The position numbers were made by a program, and so were the translations under genes. This document shows, piece after piece, positions 43,301-52,849 of a DNA stretch of 64,000 nt (positions within the stretch are counted from its first letter, which is position 1; each line of letters opens with the position of its first letter). Source of the stretch: an uncultured delta proteobacterium (GTDB taxonomy: Bacteria > Desulfobacterota > Binatia > UBA9968); the NCBI GenBank assembly GCA_963840855.1, contig CAWJBB010000024.1, positions 16,901 through 80,900 on the forward strand, written 5' to 3'. Below the pieces are notes generated by a model. The model saw nothing but the letters and a program-made list of their open reading frames with translations. It was not told the origin of the DNA and ran no database searches.

Positions 43301-43505
43301 CGCTCTCGGTTTTGGCGCCGACGGCGCTTCGCGCCGCCCCCTCGGATTGGTCATCGTCGGCGGCTTGATCGTTTCACAGTTCATCACCTTGTACATCACG
43401 CCGGTGATTTATCTCTACCTCGAGCAGTTTCAAGAAAAGGTGCTCGACCGCACCGCGTTTTTCCGTTCCGAGCGCGCCGGTGTCGTTAACGGAAGGAAAG
43501 CGTGA
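40365..43505 (+). CDS. RND efflux transporter permease (HAE1, MdtB/C-like)
   Basis: 1046 aa; FIRRPV, LPTVDYP, GFLVDDAIV, GIVKKNGIM, RFRPILMTT. Confidence 0.95.
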   Translation: MNFSEAFIRRPVMTTVLTVSVILFGLMSYFRLPVNDLPTVDYPVIQVQASYPGASPDTVANAIATPLERQFMQINGLELVISKSTQGHTSLTLQFALDKSIDAAATDVQTAISQATGSLPADLPSPPSYSKTNPNDQPIMYIALTSDSVTPGQLYDYASTQVGQRIALVPGVSRVGVFGAKSAVRIKADPSKMWARGISVEDLSTAIKNGTSTVGAGQLDGKAGTVLLKPDGQLETAEGYRDLIVSTKNGAPVYLRDVAEVENSIQDERIKMRFWVRGYPEPGATVVVAVNRQAGANAVEVARNVRDLLPLVSTELPGSVRVTPIYDRSQTILHSILDVQLTLVIAFTLVVIVIFAFLGRASDTLIPAAALPLSLLITFVAMDLLDYSLDNLSLMAITLAIGFLVDDAIVFLENTVRRMEHGEGALDATINSAKEISFTIVSMTVSLAAVFIPLVFMSGLVGRIFREFAVTIVIAILASGLVSLTLTPLMCARLLKERGQGARKTWVERVIGGIERRVLGVYSKSLWWFLRFRWVSALIWLICLAGTIGLFMIVPKAFLPAGDSSFIWGVMIGREGSSPEQMHALRDQADAVLRQDPSVAATFTMTGNSQFLSSNQGLLLAFLKPPEDRTPIEETAGRMMGNLAGIPGVMPFMRARPVLEISTGATSQNQGQFAFSLSGVNPAQTYDTAARLMARLSAYPGFATLSSDFFNNTPNLDIEIRREQARFYGVSEARILSLLRSAYSQNYLYLIKKPEDQYQVILEAKDSARSEPQDLSLLYIRSDDGKQLVPLNALVTWRKSLGPQAVNHMNQFSSVTLFFNLKPGVAIGEATDFINQAAAEVVPPSMRASLQGEALTFQNTVRDLTLLMALAVFVMYVILAILYESYLHPLTVLSTLPTALVGGLLTLFLFGEQASLYAFVGMFMLMGIVKKNGIMIVDFARHRVAAGESAEKAIHDASMDRFRPILMTTLAAVFGALPIALGFGADGASRRPLGLVIVGGLIVSQFITLYITPVIYLYLEQFQEKVLDRTAFFRSERAGVVNGRKA

Positions 43506-43506
43506 G

Positions 43507-44962
43507 ATGAAACGCATCCGTCTAACGGCAGCGTCGCGCGCCGGCGTCGCCGTCCTCGCGCTACTGACAGCGGGTTGCACCGTCGGTCCCGATTATCGGC
43601 GCCCCGACACTCCGGTCCCCGCCATGTGGAGCGAAGCGCGTTATGACGGCATCGACACCCGGCCGGCTGATCTGGCGCGCTGGTGGGAAGAGTTCAACGA
43701 TCCGGTGTTGACGCGGCTGGTCAATCGAGCGGCGGGCGCCAATCTGGATTTGCGCCTGGCGGAATCGCGTATTCGCGAAGCTCGGGCATTGCGGCGAGTC
43801 GCCGAGTCCGGGGCATGGCCGAGCGTCGATGTGAGCGGCTCTTACAGCCGCAGCCGCACCAGCGAGAACGCCATTGCGCCCTCGTCGCAAGGGAGCGGCG
43901 GCTCGCCTTTCTTTCGCGGCAGCAACAATGGACAGGATCTTTTCCGGTCCGGATTCGACTCGAGCTGGGAGATCGATGTCTTCGGCGGCGTGCGGCGCAG
44001 CGTCGAGTCTGCCGACGCCACGGTCGAGGCGACGATAGAGGACCGCCGCGACGTCCTGGTGACGCTGCTCGGCGACATCGCGCGAAACTATATAGACCTG
44101 CGCGGCTTTCAGCGGCGTTTGGCCGTGGCCAGAAGCAATCTCAAGGCGCAACAAGAATCGCTGGAAATCATTCGAGTGCGCTTTCAAGCCGGGCTGGCGA
44201 GCGATCTTCAAGTCGCCCAGGCGGAGGCACAGGTCAACACGACGGCGGCGGAGATTCCCGCGTTAGAAGCTCTAGCGAAACAAGCCGCGCACCGGCTCGA
44301 CGTGCTCCTTGGAATTCAGCCCGGCGCCCTGTGGGCCGAGTTGTCGGCGGAAGCGCCGATTCCCGCGCTTCCTCCCCGAAGCTCGCGTCGGCTTGCCGTC
44401 GGAACTTCTAAGGCGGCGTCCCGATATTCGGCGCGCGGAGCGCCAGCTCGCCGCGGCCAACGCCGAGATCGGCGTTGCGACGGCGGATCTTTACCCGAAG
44501 TTTTCCCTTTCCGGCGTCTTTGGCGTAACCAGCATTTCCGCGAGCGATTGGTTTTCGGCGCCAAGCCGCTTCTGGTCCATTGGCCCGACCATTCGCTGGC
44601 CCGTCTTCGACGCCGGAAGAATCCGCGCCAACATCGAAGTGCGCACGGCGCGGCAAGAGCAGGCCTTGACGCAGTACGAAAAAACCGTGCTTACGGCCTT
44701 CGAAGACGTGGAAAACGCGCTGGTGAGCTACGCCAAGGAACAGACGCGCTATCGGTCTTTGACGGATGCAGTGGTTGCCAACCGCCGTGCCCTGGCCCTG
44801 GCCGACGACCTTTACAAAAACGGGCTGATCGATTTTCTCAACGTGCTGGATTCCCAACGCGCACTTAACGCCGCCGAGAACGATCTCGCCCAGAGCGAGG
44901 CGACGATGTCGACGAATCTCGTCGCGCTATACAAGGCGTTAGGCGGCGGCTGGGAAAACTAA
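43507..44962 (+). CDS. Outer membrane efflux lipoprotein (NodT/OprM family); frameshift near 44375
   Basis: Lipobox LTAGC-TVGPDY, WWEEFNDP, SWEIDVFG, PSELLRRRPDI, LYKALGGGW. Confidence 0.92.
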
Positions 44963-44985
44963 ATAATAGCGGCGCTTCGCGCCTG

Positions 44986-45021
44986 CGTTCCAGTCGTTCA
45001 AAACGTTCAAGCCGTTCAAAT
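44986..45021 (+). repeat. 4 x 9-nt tandem repeat (CGTTC[A/C]ANN)
   Basis: cgttccagt cgttcaaaa cgttcaagc cgttcaaat. Confidence 0.75.
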
Positions 45022-45172
45022 CGTTGACGGACCCTACCTCGGAGTCTTTGAGCGGCCAGAAAAATCAAGGTTTCATAAAAAAGTCGAGAGTCCGAGTTCC
45101 GTCATTGCTCGCGGGCGCGGGAATCCAGGACTGTCTTGACACCGTCAATGCGCCGTCTTTAATCTTCCCGAT

Positions 45173-45878
45173 ATGATTCGCTCCGTTATGAGCCCCGAGA
45201 TGGTTATCATTCCCGCGGGAAGCTTTCTGATGGGAAGCGATCAGGGACAGGAAAACGAACAACCCGTGCACCGCGTCTGGATCGATGCTTTCGCCATCGG
45301 CAAATTTCCCGTCACCAACCGGGAATACAAAATATACGTTGAAGGCAAGGCCGCGCCGGCGCCGCCGTTTTGGACCGAGCCGATGTTTGCCCACCCCGAG
45401 AAGCCGGTGGTCGGAGTCACTTGGGATGACGCGACGGCGTACTGCCAGTGGTTGAGCGAACGGCTGGGGCAAGCCTTTCGATTGCCCACGGAGGCGGAAT
45501 GGGAGCGCGCCGCGCGCGGCCGAGCGCGAGGGCGCGCTCTATCCGTGGGGAGACGAGCCGCCGTGGGAAAGACCGTATCCGGGATTTGACGGCGAAACCG
45601 GCGGCCCGCAGCAGGTCGGCGTGGGCGAGCCCAACGGCTTCGGCCTCTACGACATGAGCGAAGGCGTGCACGAGTGGTGCAGCGATTACTTTGATTATCA
45701 CTATTATCGCTATGCGCCGGAGAAAAATCCGCAAGGCCCCGCCAGCGGCCAGCGCCGCGCCTCCCGCGGCGGTTCGTGGCGCCACCGGATCAAATTCAGC
45801 CGCTGCGCCGCGCGCAGCTCCTTGCCGCCCGCTTTCAAGTACGCGGATTATGGGTTTCGGATAGCGCTGACGCTGTAA
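45173..45878 (+). CDS. FGE-sulfatase domain protein (SUMF1/EgtB/PvdO family); frameshift near 45525
   Basis: IPAGSFLMGS, PVTN, PVVGVTWDDA, RLPTEAEWE, PNGFGLYDM, RGGSW, GFRI. Confidence 0.88.
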
Positions 45879-45881
45879 AAC

Positions 45882-45917
45882 GGTTCCAGCCGTTCCAATC
45901 GTTCCAGTAGTTCGAAT
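45882..45917 (+). repeat. 4 x 9-nt tandem repeat
   Basis: ggttccagc cgttccaat cgttccagt agttcgaat, immediately after the stop at 45878. Confidence 0.7.
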
Positions 45918-46037
45918 CGTTTTGATTTTCTCATCTTTCGCGGTGTATAAAGCGCGGTAACTCTACACGCACACTCGCACAGCTCGAACCACATCCGCGT
46001 CTACGAACGGAGCGATGATCTATTAGACCTCAAGGAG

Positions 46038-47151
46038 ATGCGTGCGATGAAGTTGTTCCTCAGCACACTTGCTTATTTCCTGCTTCTCACAATTGCCTTG
46101 CCGATCATGGCTGCAGGCGACTGGCGTGAAGAATGGGAGAAAGTACTCGGCGCGGGCAAACAAGAAGGGAGACTCGTCCTTTACACGTTTCCGGGGCAGG
46201 AGCTTGTGTTCCAAGAATTTCAGAAAAATTTTCCCGACATCAAGCTGGTCGAAGTGACGCGTCCGAGGGTCGGAACGGGTGACAAGAATTGTGTCTGAAC
46301 GGCGGGCAGGCAAATACCTCGCCGACATCCTTATCGGCGGAGTCGGCTCCGCCCAGTCCGGCCTGCTCAAAGCCGGGCTCCTCGACCCCATTAAGCCAGC
46401 GCTGATTCTCCCAGAGGTTTTGGACGAGTCGAAATGGTGGCAGGGTAAGCATGTCTACGGCGACGACGAGGACAAATATATCTTCTCCTTTGCCGGGGCA
46501 CCACTTTATTATTTCCACTACAACACCACGCTGGTAAACCCCCAGGAATTCAAATCCTATTGGGATTTTCTCAACCCTAAGTGGAAGGGGAAAATAGTTG
46601 TCGCTGAGCCTCTAACTGGCGGAACCCAAGAGCCGTTGCAGTTTTTATATCACAATAAGGAACTGGGGCCTGAATTTGTCCGGCGATTTCTGACCGAAAT
46701 GGATCTCGGCGTAAGCCGTGATATGCGACAGCTCTTGGACTGGGTCGCCCAAGGTAAATACGCCATGTCGGCTTTGCAAAACACAGATCGCATAAGATTA
46801 TGGGATGCGAAAAAGCAGGGTTTACCGGTCAACGCGTTCGAAACCGACAAATTCAAGGAAGGCGGCCTGGTCGGCTCGGGCGGCGGCAACATCGCTTTGA
46901 TCAACCGCGCGCCACACCCCAATGCAGCGAAAGTTTTTATCAACTGGTTTCTCTCACGTGAAGGCCAAATCGCCAATCAAAAATTTGTCCAGGGCGGCAG
47001 AAACTCTCTCAGAATCGATATCCCGAAGGAGGATGTGCCGCTCCACGCGCGCATCAAACCGGGCGCCAAGTATACTCTCGTCGATGATATCGGCTACAGC
47101 GATCTCGATTCAGTCCAGCGGTTTGTCAGAGAAATCTGGAAGAAAAAGTAA
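46038..47151 (+). CDS. Extracellular solute-binding protein (Fe(III)-type family); frameshift near 46265
   Basis: WEKVLGAGKQEGRLVLY, ERRAGKYLAD, LNPKWKGKI, APHPNAAKVFINWFLSREGQ. Confidence 0.87.
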
Positions 47152-47155
47152 TCCC

Positions 47156-48791
47156 ATGAAGATTTCGGTGGCGCGTCTGATCGCTAATTTCCTTAAAGAG
47201 GCTGGAGTCCCATACCTCTTCGGCCTGACCGGCCATTCGATTTTTCCTATCACCGACGCTCTCTATTCCGAGCCTAATATCCGATTCGTACCGGTCATGC
47301 ACGAGCTTTCCGCCGCTTACATGGCCGCCGCCTATGCCAAGGGGACGAGGACGCTGGGTGTCTGCACGGCCTCTGCCGGCGCGGGCGTTACCAACCTTCT
47401 GACGGGAATCGCTTACGCGCACAAAGAATCGATCCCCGTGATTGTTCTTGCCGCGGATGTATCCCGCCGTCATGGAGGGAAAGGCGCATCCTCGTGGCAT
47501 GAAATTCCGCAGCGCGAGATTTTTGCGCCGATCACGAAAATGAGCGTCACTCTTGAAAGTAAAGATGACGCCGTCGAGATCTTGCGACAAGCACTAGGCC
47601 AAGCGACAAGCGGAAGAAAGGGGCCGGTTTACGTCGGCATTCCGCGTGACATTCAGGGGCAGGAAATCGAAGCACCCCAAGCTGGGTGGCTGGGCGCGGT
47701 TGAGCCAACTGTGGAGCCTGACCGGGCTGTCTTGGACCGAGCAGCGGAAGAGCTGCAAAAAGCATCTTTTCCCATAATTATAGCCGGCGGAGGCGTCTAC
47801 TGGTCGAGGGCGGAAGAGGAACTGCGCGAGCTGGCGGAGCTTCTCTCCATACCCTTTGGCACCTCGCCATCGCACAAAGGCTTGATCTCCGAAGATCATT
47901 CACTTTCTCTGGGGGTGCTGGGTTTCGGCGCATTTCCCTTTGCCAACGCTTTCAGTCTCGAGTCGGATTTGATTTTGGCGGTGGGAGTGACTTTCAGTGA
48001 GGGTCTCACGCTTGGCTTTGGCGACAAAGTGATTCCGGCAGGCGCGAAAATCATTCAAATTGACGCCGATCCGCGGGAGATGGGCAAAATATACCCGACT
48101 CATCTGTCGGTGTGCGGCGACGCAAAAGCCGTTCTCATAGGGCTCATCGCGCGGTTAAGAAAAGCCGGCGGCGAAAAAAGAGATCGGTCTCGCGTCGTTA
48201 AGCTCGATCGAGAAAAAACCAGCTGGCGCGAGAAAATTCAAACTCATACTTACGACGTTAACGGCCCGATCGATCAGTGGCATGTTTATCGGGCGTTGAA
48301 AGAAGCCATCGGCGAAGATGCGGTCGTTGTCGGTGCAGGAGGCACGGCGGAACTCATCAGGCGCTTTGTCGCGCCGTCTTATACGTATCACTCGGGGGAA
48401 ATGCGCGCCATCGGTTTCGGTCTCTCAACTTCGATTGGTTTAAGTCTCGCCTTCCCAGCTACAGCCCGTGGCGTGCGTGAGCGGCGACGGCTCGTTCATG
48501 CTTGAAAGCCAGGAACTGGCCACGGCCGCGGCATTCAAGCTGCCGATTACGATCATCGTCGTTCGCAACGACGCCTACGGGAACATGAAGCGCGACCAGG
48601 TCAAACACTACGGCGGCAGGGTCATCGGAACGGATCTTCATCTGCCCGATCTTTGCGCCCTCGCCGGTTCCTATGGCATCGAATCGGAAAGAGTGGCCCA
48701 ACCTAAAGCGCTGCTGCCTGCGATCAAACGGGCGTTGGCACTTCGCAAGCCAGTACTGTTGGACGTAATCTGTCCCATCGAAGGAATATAA
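47156..48791 (+). CDS. ThDP-binding enzyme (acetolactate synthase large subunit-like); frameshift near 48460
   Basis: HELSAAYMAAAYA, GPVYVGIPRD, IAGGG, IIQIDAD, GDGSFML...RNDAYG. Confidence 0.88.
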
Positions 48792-48817
48792 GTCAGTCAC
48801 GTGGCCTGGATCAAACG

Positions 48818-48853
48818 CGTTCCAATCGTTCAAAATGTTCAAAACGTCTAAAG
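48818..48853 (+). repeat. 4 x 9-nt tandem repeat
   Basis: cgttccaat cgttcaaaa tgttcaaaa cgtctaaag. Confidence 0.65.
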
Positions 48854-48870
48854 ATATCGGAGCCGACAAC

Positions 48871-50478
48871 ATGAATGACGCAATGATCGAAATTTTGAAT
48901 CCGACCGGAGTCCGTGCCTCCAAGCGGATCCGGCTTGCGCCGAGGAAGCACGATAATCTTGGCGGCGTACGCATCGGGTTGCTCGACAACAACAAGCCCA
49001 ATGCCGATAAGTTTCTCGATCATGTCGGCGCTTTGCTTAAGGAGCGTTACGATGACATCGAGCTGGTCGCGAAGCGAAAGATGACCCGTATCGAGGCGGA
49101 CTGCCTTACAGAGTTGGCCGAGCGGTGCGACGTTGTCATAAACGCCTTCGCCGATTGAGGGTCGTGCACGTCGTGGAGTGTCCACGACTCGGTTCTGCTA
49201 GAAAAGGCAGGTATTCCAACCGCCACCATCGTTACTGATGAATTTGTCACGCTGGCGAAAACCGAATGCTCTGCGCGCGGCATGGACGGCCTGCCGCTGG
49301 TTGAAGTGCCGCATCCGGTGGGGACGATTCCCGCTGACGCGCTGAAAACAATCGCGGTAGCGGCCGTCGAGTCGATCGTTGCGGGGTTAACGCGGAAAAA
49401 CGGCAAAGCTGAGATTGGCACAGAGGGCGACGAGAACTCGCACCACCCGGAGACTGAGAAGTTGATCACCGTGCCAAGGGATCCGGCGGCACTGTTTTAT
49501 TTCGTTATGGCACAGGGTTGGTCGGATGGTTTACCGGTTTTGCCGCCGACGCGGGCTGCGGTCAACGCAATGATCGGAGCGTGTGGACTAAAAAGAGATC
49601 ATGTGCTTGGCACGATGCCGCCTTTGAATGGGATCGCTAGCGTGGAGAAAATCGCCGCAAATGCGGTGATGGCCGGTTGTCTGCCGGAGTATTTGCCGCT
49701 GGTGCTCGCGGGCGTGACGGGGATGCTTCAGCCCGGATTCAATCTCGACGGCGTGCAGACGACCACGGGAAATGTCGCGCCACTCGCGATCGTCAATGGT
49801 CCGTGCCGGAAGACGTTGGAGATCAACTGTGGCGCCAACGTGCTCGGCCAGGGCTGGCGCGCCAACGCGACCATCGGGCGGGCGATCAGGTTCGTAATGA
49901 CCAACATCGGTGGAGCTGTGCCGGGTCTATACGACAAATCAACCGTCGGCCAACCGGCGAAGTATACGTTCTGCGTCGGAGAAAACGAGGAAGAGAATCC
50001 TTGGGAGTCACTCCACGTGGAACGCGGATTTAAACGCGAGGCCGACGCGGTAAGTCTGTTCGGCTGCAGCGGTGTTAATAGCGCCGTCGATATGGCTAGC
50101 CAAAACGCCAAAGGGCTGTTGAAAACATTCGCCTTAACCATGATCGGCGGAATGACCAGCGGCGTCACTTCCACCGAAGTCATGCTAATCGTTTGCCCGG
50201 AGCATGCGGTGATATTATCGACGGGCGGCTATTCAAAACAGGACATCCGCCAGGAGCTCTTCACGATGGCCCGGGTTACTTATGAAAAAATCTCCGACGA
50301 CAATCTAAAATTATTATCCAAACGACGGCCGTCATGGTTTAAGAACGATGGGCGGGAAATCGGCGCTGTTGATCGGCCGGAAGACATCTGGCTCGTCGTT
50401 GCCGGCGGCGCGGGCGCCAAGTCGGCCTATATTCCCGGGCGAACCGGGACGCACTTGCAAACGACTAGGATTGAATAG
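48871..50478 (+). CDS. UGSC-family selenoprotein (Sec96, UGA at 49156-49158) fused to a GWSDGLP-motif domain, about 535 aa
   Basis: ORFs 48835-49158 and 49282-50478 share a frame with only TGA between them: ...NAFAD-U-GSCTSWSVHDSVLLEKAGIPTATIVTDEF...GMDGLP; hairpin follows the UGA. Confidence 0.85.
49159..49188 (+). promoter_or_regulatory. Bacterial SECIS-like stem-loop
   Basis: 11-nt spacer after the UGA, then a perfect 8-bp stem GTCGTGGA/TCCACGAC (49170-49188) with a GTG loop. Confidence 0.7.
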
Positions 50479-50479
50479 G

Positions 50480-50515
50480 CGTTCAAGCAGTTCAAATCGT
50501 TCAAGTCGTCCAAAA
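50480..50515 (+). repeat. 4 x 9-nt tandem repeat
   Basis: cgttcaagc agttcaaat cgttcaagt cgtccaaaa, 1 nt after the stop at 50478. Confidence 0.7.
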
Positions 50516-50573
50516 CGTCTCGGAATCGGACGGACGCCCTCGGGAATAAAACAAGAAAGGAAAGTAACTCACT

Positions 50574-50984
50574 GTGGAGAAATGGCTTGATAGCTCCAGT
50601 CCCTACGCCTACGCGTTGATGCGTATCGTCGTCGGTTTGCTCTTCGTTTGCCACGGCGCGCAGAAGGTTTTCGGTTGGTTCGGCGGTATCGACGGCAAAG
50701 GAACCGCGGTGTTGCTAAGCTCGCTCCTCGGCGTTGCTGGCATAATCGAAATTATCACGGGGCTTTTGATCGTGATCGGGTTCCTTGCCGGATACGCGGC
50801 GTTCATCGCCAGCGGGCAGATGGCGGTTGCTTACTTCATGGCCCATTTTCCCACAAGCTTTTGGCCGCTCGAAAACAAAGGCGAGCCGGCAGTGCTATTT
50901 TGTTTTGTCTTTCTCTACGTGGCGACCCAAGGGGCGGGCATCTGGAGCATCGACGGCGCGCGCCAACGAAGCTCGCACACATAG
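50574..50984 (+). CDS. DoxX family membrane protein
   Basis: MRIVVGLLFVCHGAQKVFG, ASGQMAVAYF, GAGIWSID. Confidence 0.9.
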   Translation: MEKWLDSSSPYAYALMRIVVGLLFVCHGAQKVFGWFGGIDGKGTAVLLSSLLGVAGIIEIITGLLIVIGFLAGYAAFIASGQMAVAYFMAHFPTSFWPLENKGEPAVLFCFVFLYVATQGAGIWSIDGARQRSSHT

Positions 50985-51020
50985 CGCATATTTTCTTGCC
51001 CAGCGGTTTTTCGAGCTGGA

Positions 51021-51638
51021 TCACTTTGGCGCCGCGCCCCACAGCTCCTCGAGCCGCTGGTCGCGGCCGCAACCGTAGCGGTAAATCTGATAGCGAACAG
51101 GATTTTTCTTGTAATAATCCTGATGGTAGTCCTCCGCTGGAAAAAATTCCGTGAACGGAACAATTTCCGTGACGATGGGTGTTTTGAATCGCTTGGCAAT
51201 GGTTGCTTTGGATTCTTCAGCCAGGCGTTTTTGATTCTGATCGTGGACAAAGATCGCTGAGCGGTATTGACTGCCGGCGTCACAAAACTGCCGATTGGAG
51301 GTCAGCGGGTCGATATTATGCCAGAAAACTTCGAGTAACTTGGAGTAGCTGATCTTATTCGGATCGTAGGTCACCTGTACGACTTCGGTGTGTCCCGTGG
51401 TGCCCGCAGAAACCTCTTCATAGGTCGGATTTTTCTTCTTGCCGCCCGCATAACCGGAAATTGTCGCAAACACGCCGTCGAGCTTATCGAACGGCGGCTC
51501 CATGCACCAAAAGCACCCGCCAGCAAAAGTCGCTTTGGCCGTTTCCGCGTTGGCGCTTGCCGCATGAAGCGTGCCCGACTGCGAGATTGTTATCCACCCG
51601 AGCGCCAGACATAGATTCATAAGTCTTTTGATTCTCAT
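51021..51638 (-). CDS. msrA: Peptide-methionine (S)-S-oxide reductase with signal peptide
   Basis: FAGGCFWCME, GHTEVVQV, QYRSAIF, AEDYHQDY. Confidence 0.93.
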   Translation of the reverse strand: MRIKRLMNLCLALGWITISQSGTLHAASANAETAKATFAGGCFWCMEPPFDKLDGVFATISGYAGGKKKNPTYEEVSAGTTGHTEVVQVTYDPNKISYSKLLEVFWHNIDPLTSNRQFCDAGSQYRSAIFVHDQNQKRLAEESKATIAKRFKTPIVTEIVPFTEFFPAEDYHQDYYKKNPVRYQIYRYGCGRDQRLEELWGAAPK

Positions 51639-51816
51639 TGTTTTTCTCCCTGCGTTTTGCGAGCTTCGATGAGAACATAACGACCCAAGACGCTGCATGG
51701 TTCCCGGTTGAGCCATGGGCCGATGCCGAACACTCGGCGCTTGCCGCCGGGGGTGCCGAGGGCGTAGATTGTAACCAAGATTGATGCGAATGGCGATCTT
51801 AATCCGCACAAGAGGC

Positions 51817-52722
51817 ATGTCGCGTCGGCAGTTGTTTCGCCTGGCGCTCGGCGCCGGCACCGTTGCGCTGACTGGAGGTTACTCAATGGCCGCGTCGATT
51901 ATCCGTCGGCCGATCCCGCGTTCGGGAGAATCGCTGCCGGTGATTGGCCTTGGGACATGGCAGACTTTTGATGTGGGCGCCGATGCGGCGGCGCGGGCGC
52001 CGCTGAAAGAGGTCCTCGGCGAATTCGCGCGGCTCGGCGGCAGCGTCATCGATTCCTCGCCGATGTATGGTAGTTCGGAAAGCGTCGCCGGCGATCTTGC
52101 CGGCGACCTTAAACTTAGAAAGCATCTCTTTATCGCCACCAAGGTCTGGACCAGCGGGCGGGAAGCCGGTATCCGGCAGATGGAAGAGTCGTTCCGTCGA
52201 TTGCGTGCCCAGCGCATGGACCTGTTGCAGGTGCACAATCTGGTTGACTGGCGCACCCATCTGGCCACGCTGCGCCAGTGGAAAGAGAAAGGGAAAGTTC
52301 GCTATATCGGCGTTACTCACTACACCGCCAGCGCCTACGACGATTTGGCGCGCATATTAGAAACAGAAGATCTCGATTTCGTCCAGCTCAATTACTCGGT
52401 CGCCGAGCGTGAAGCGGAGCGGCGTCTCTTGCCTCTCGCCACCGACAGACGGATCGCAGTGCTGGTTAATCGGCCATTCGCCGGCGGCCCGCTTTTCAGC
52501 AAGGTGCGCGGCAAGCCATTGCCTTCCTGGGCCAAGGACATCGGCTGCACGACCTGGGCTCAATTCTTTCTCAAATTTGTCATTTCGCACGCGGCTGTAA
52601 CCTGCGCGATACCGGCGACGAGTAAAATCGCGCACCTTATCGACAATATGCAAGGAGGCATGGGGATTATTCCCGACGCCGGGATGCGCGAGCGCATGGT
52701 CAATTACGTAGGGGCGCTGTAA
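51817..52722 (+). CDS. Aldo/keto reductase with Tat-like leader
   Basis: SRRQLF, IGLGTW, IDSSPMYG, ATKVW, LLQVHN, IPATS. Confidence 0.9.
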   Translation: MSRRQLFRLALGAGTVALTGGYSMAASIIRRPIPRSGESLPVIGLGTWQTFDVGADAAARAPLKEVLGEFARLGGSVIDSSPMYGSSESVAGDLAGDLKLRKHLFIATKVWTSGREAGIRQMEESFRRLRAQRMDLLQVHNLVDWRTHLATLRQWKEKGKVRYIGVTHYTASAYDDLARILETEDLDFVQLNYSVAEREAERRLLPLATDRRIAVLVNRPFAGGPLFSKVRGKPLPSWAKDIGCTTWAQFFLKFVISHAAVTCAIPATSKIAHLIDNMQGGMGIIPDAGMRERMVNYVGAL

Positions 52723-52849
52723 AGATCCCCGCATCTTTTCGGCGCTGGCTATTTCACTTGACGCTCATCTGCGAGTTGGACTACGTTAGCGGCGATTCAC
52801 GGCCCGATGCTGCGACGCGCGCGGGCTCAGCTCAATCCGAGGTGTAAAC

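Noticed and set aside
44986-50515. Short repeats as a CRISPR array
   Set aside because: Units are 9 nt, degenerate and adjacent, with no unique spacers and no cas genes
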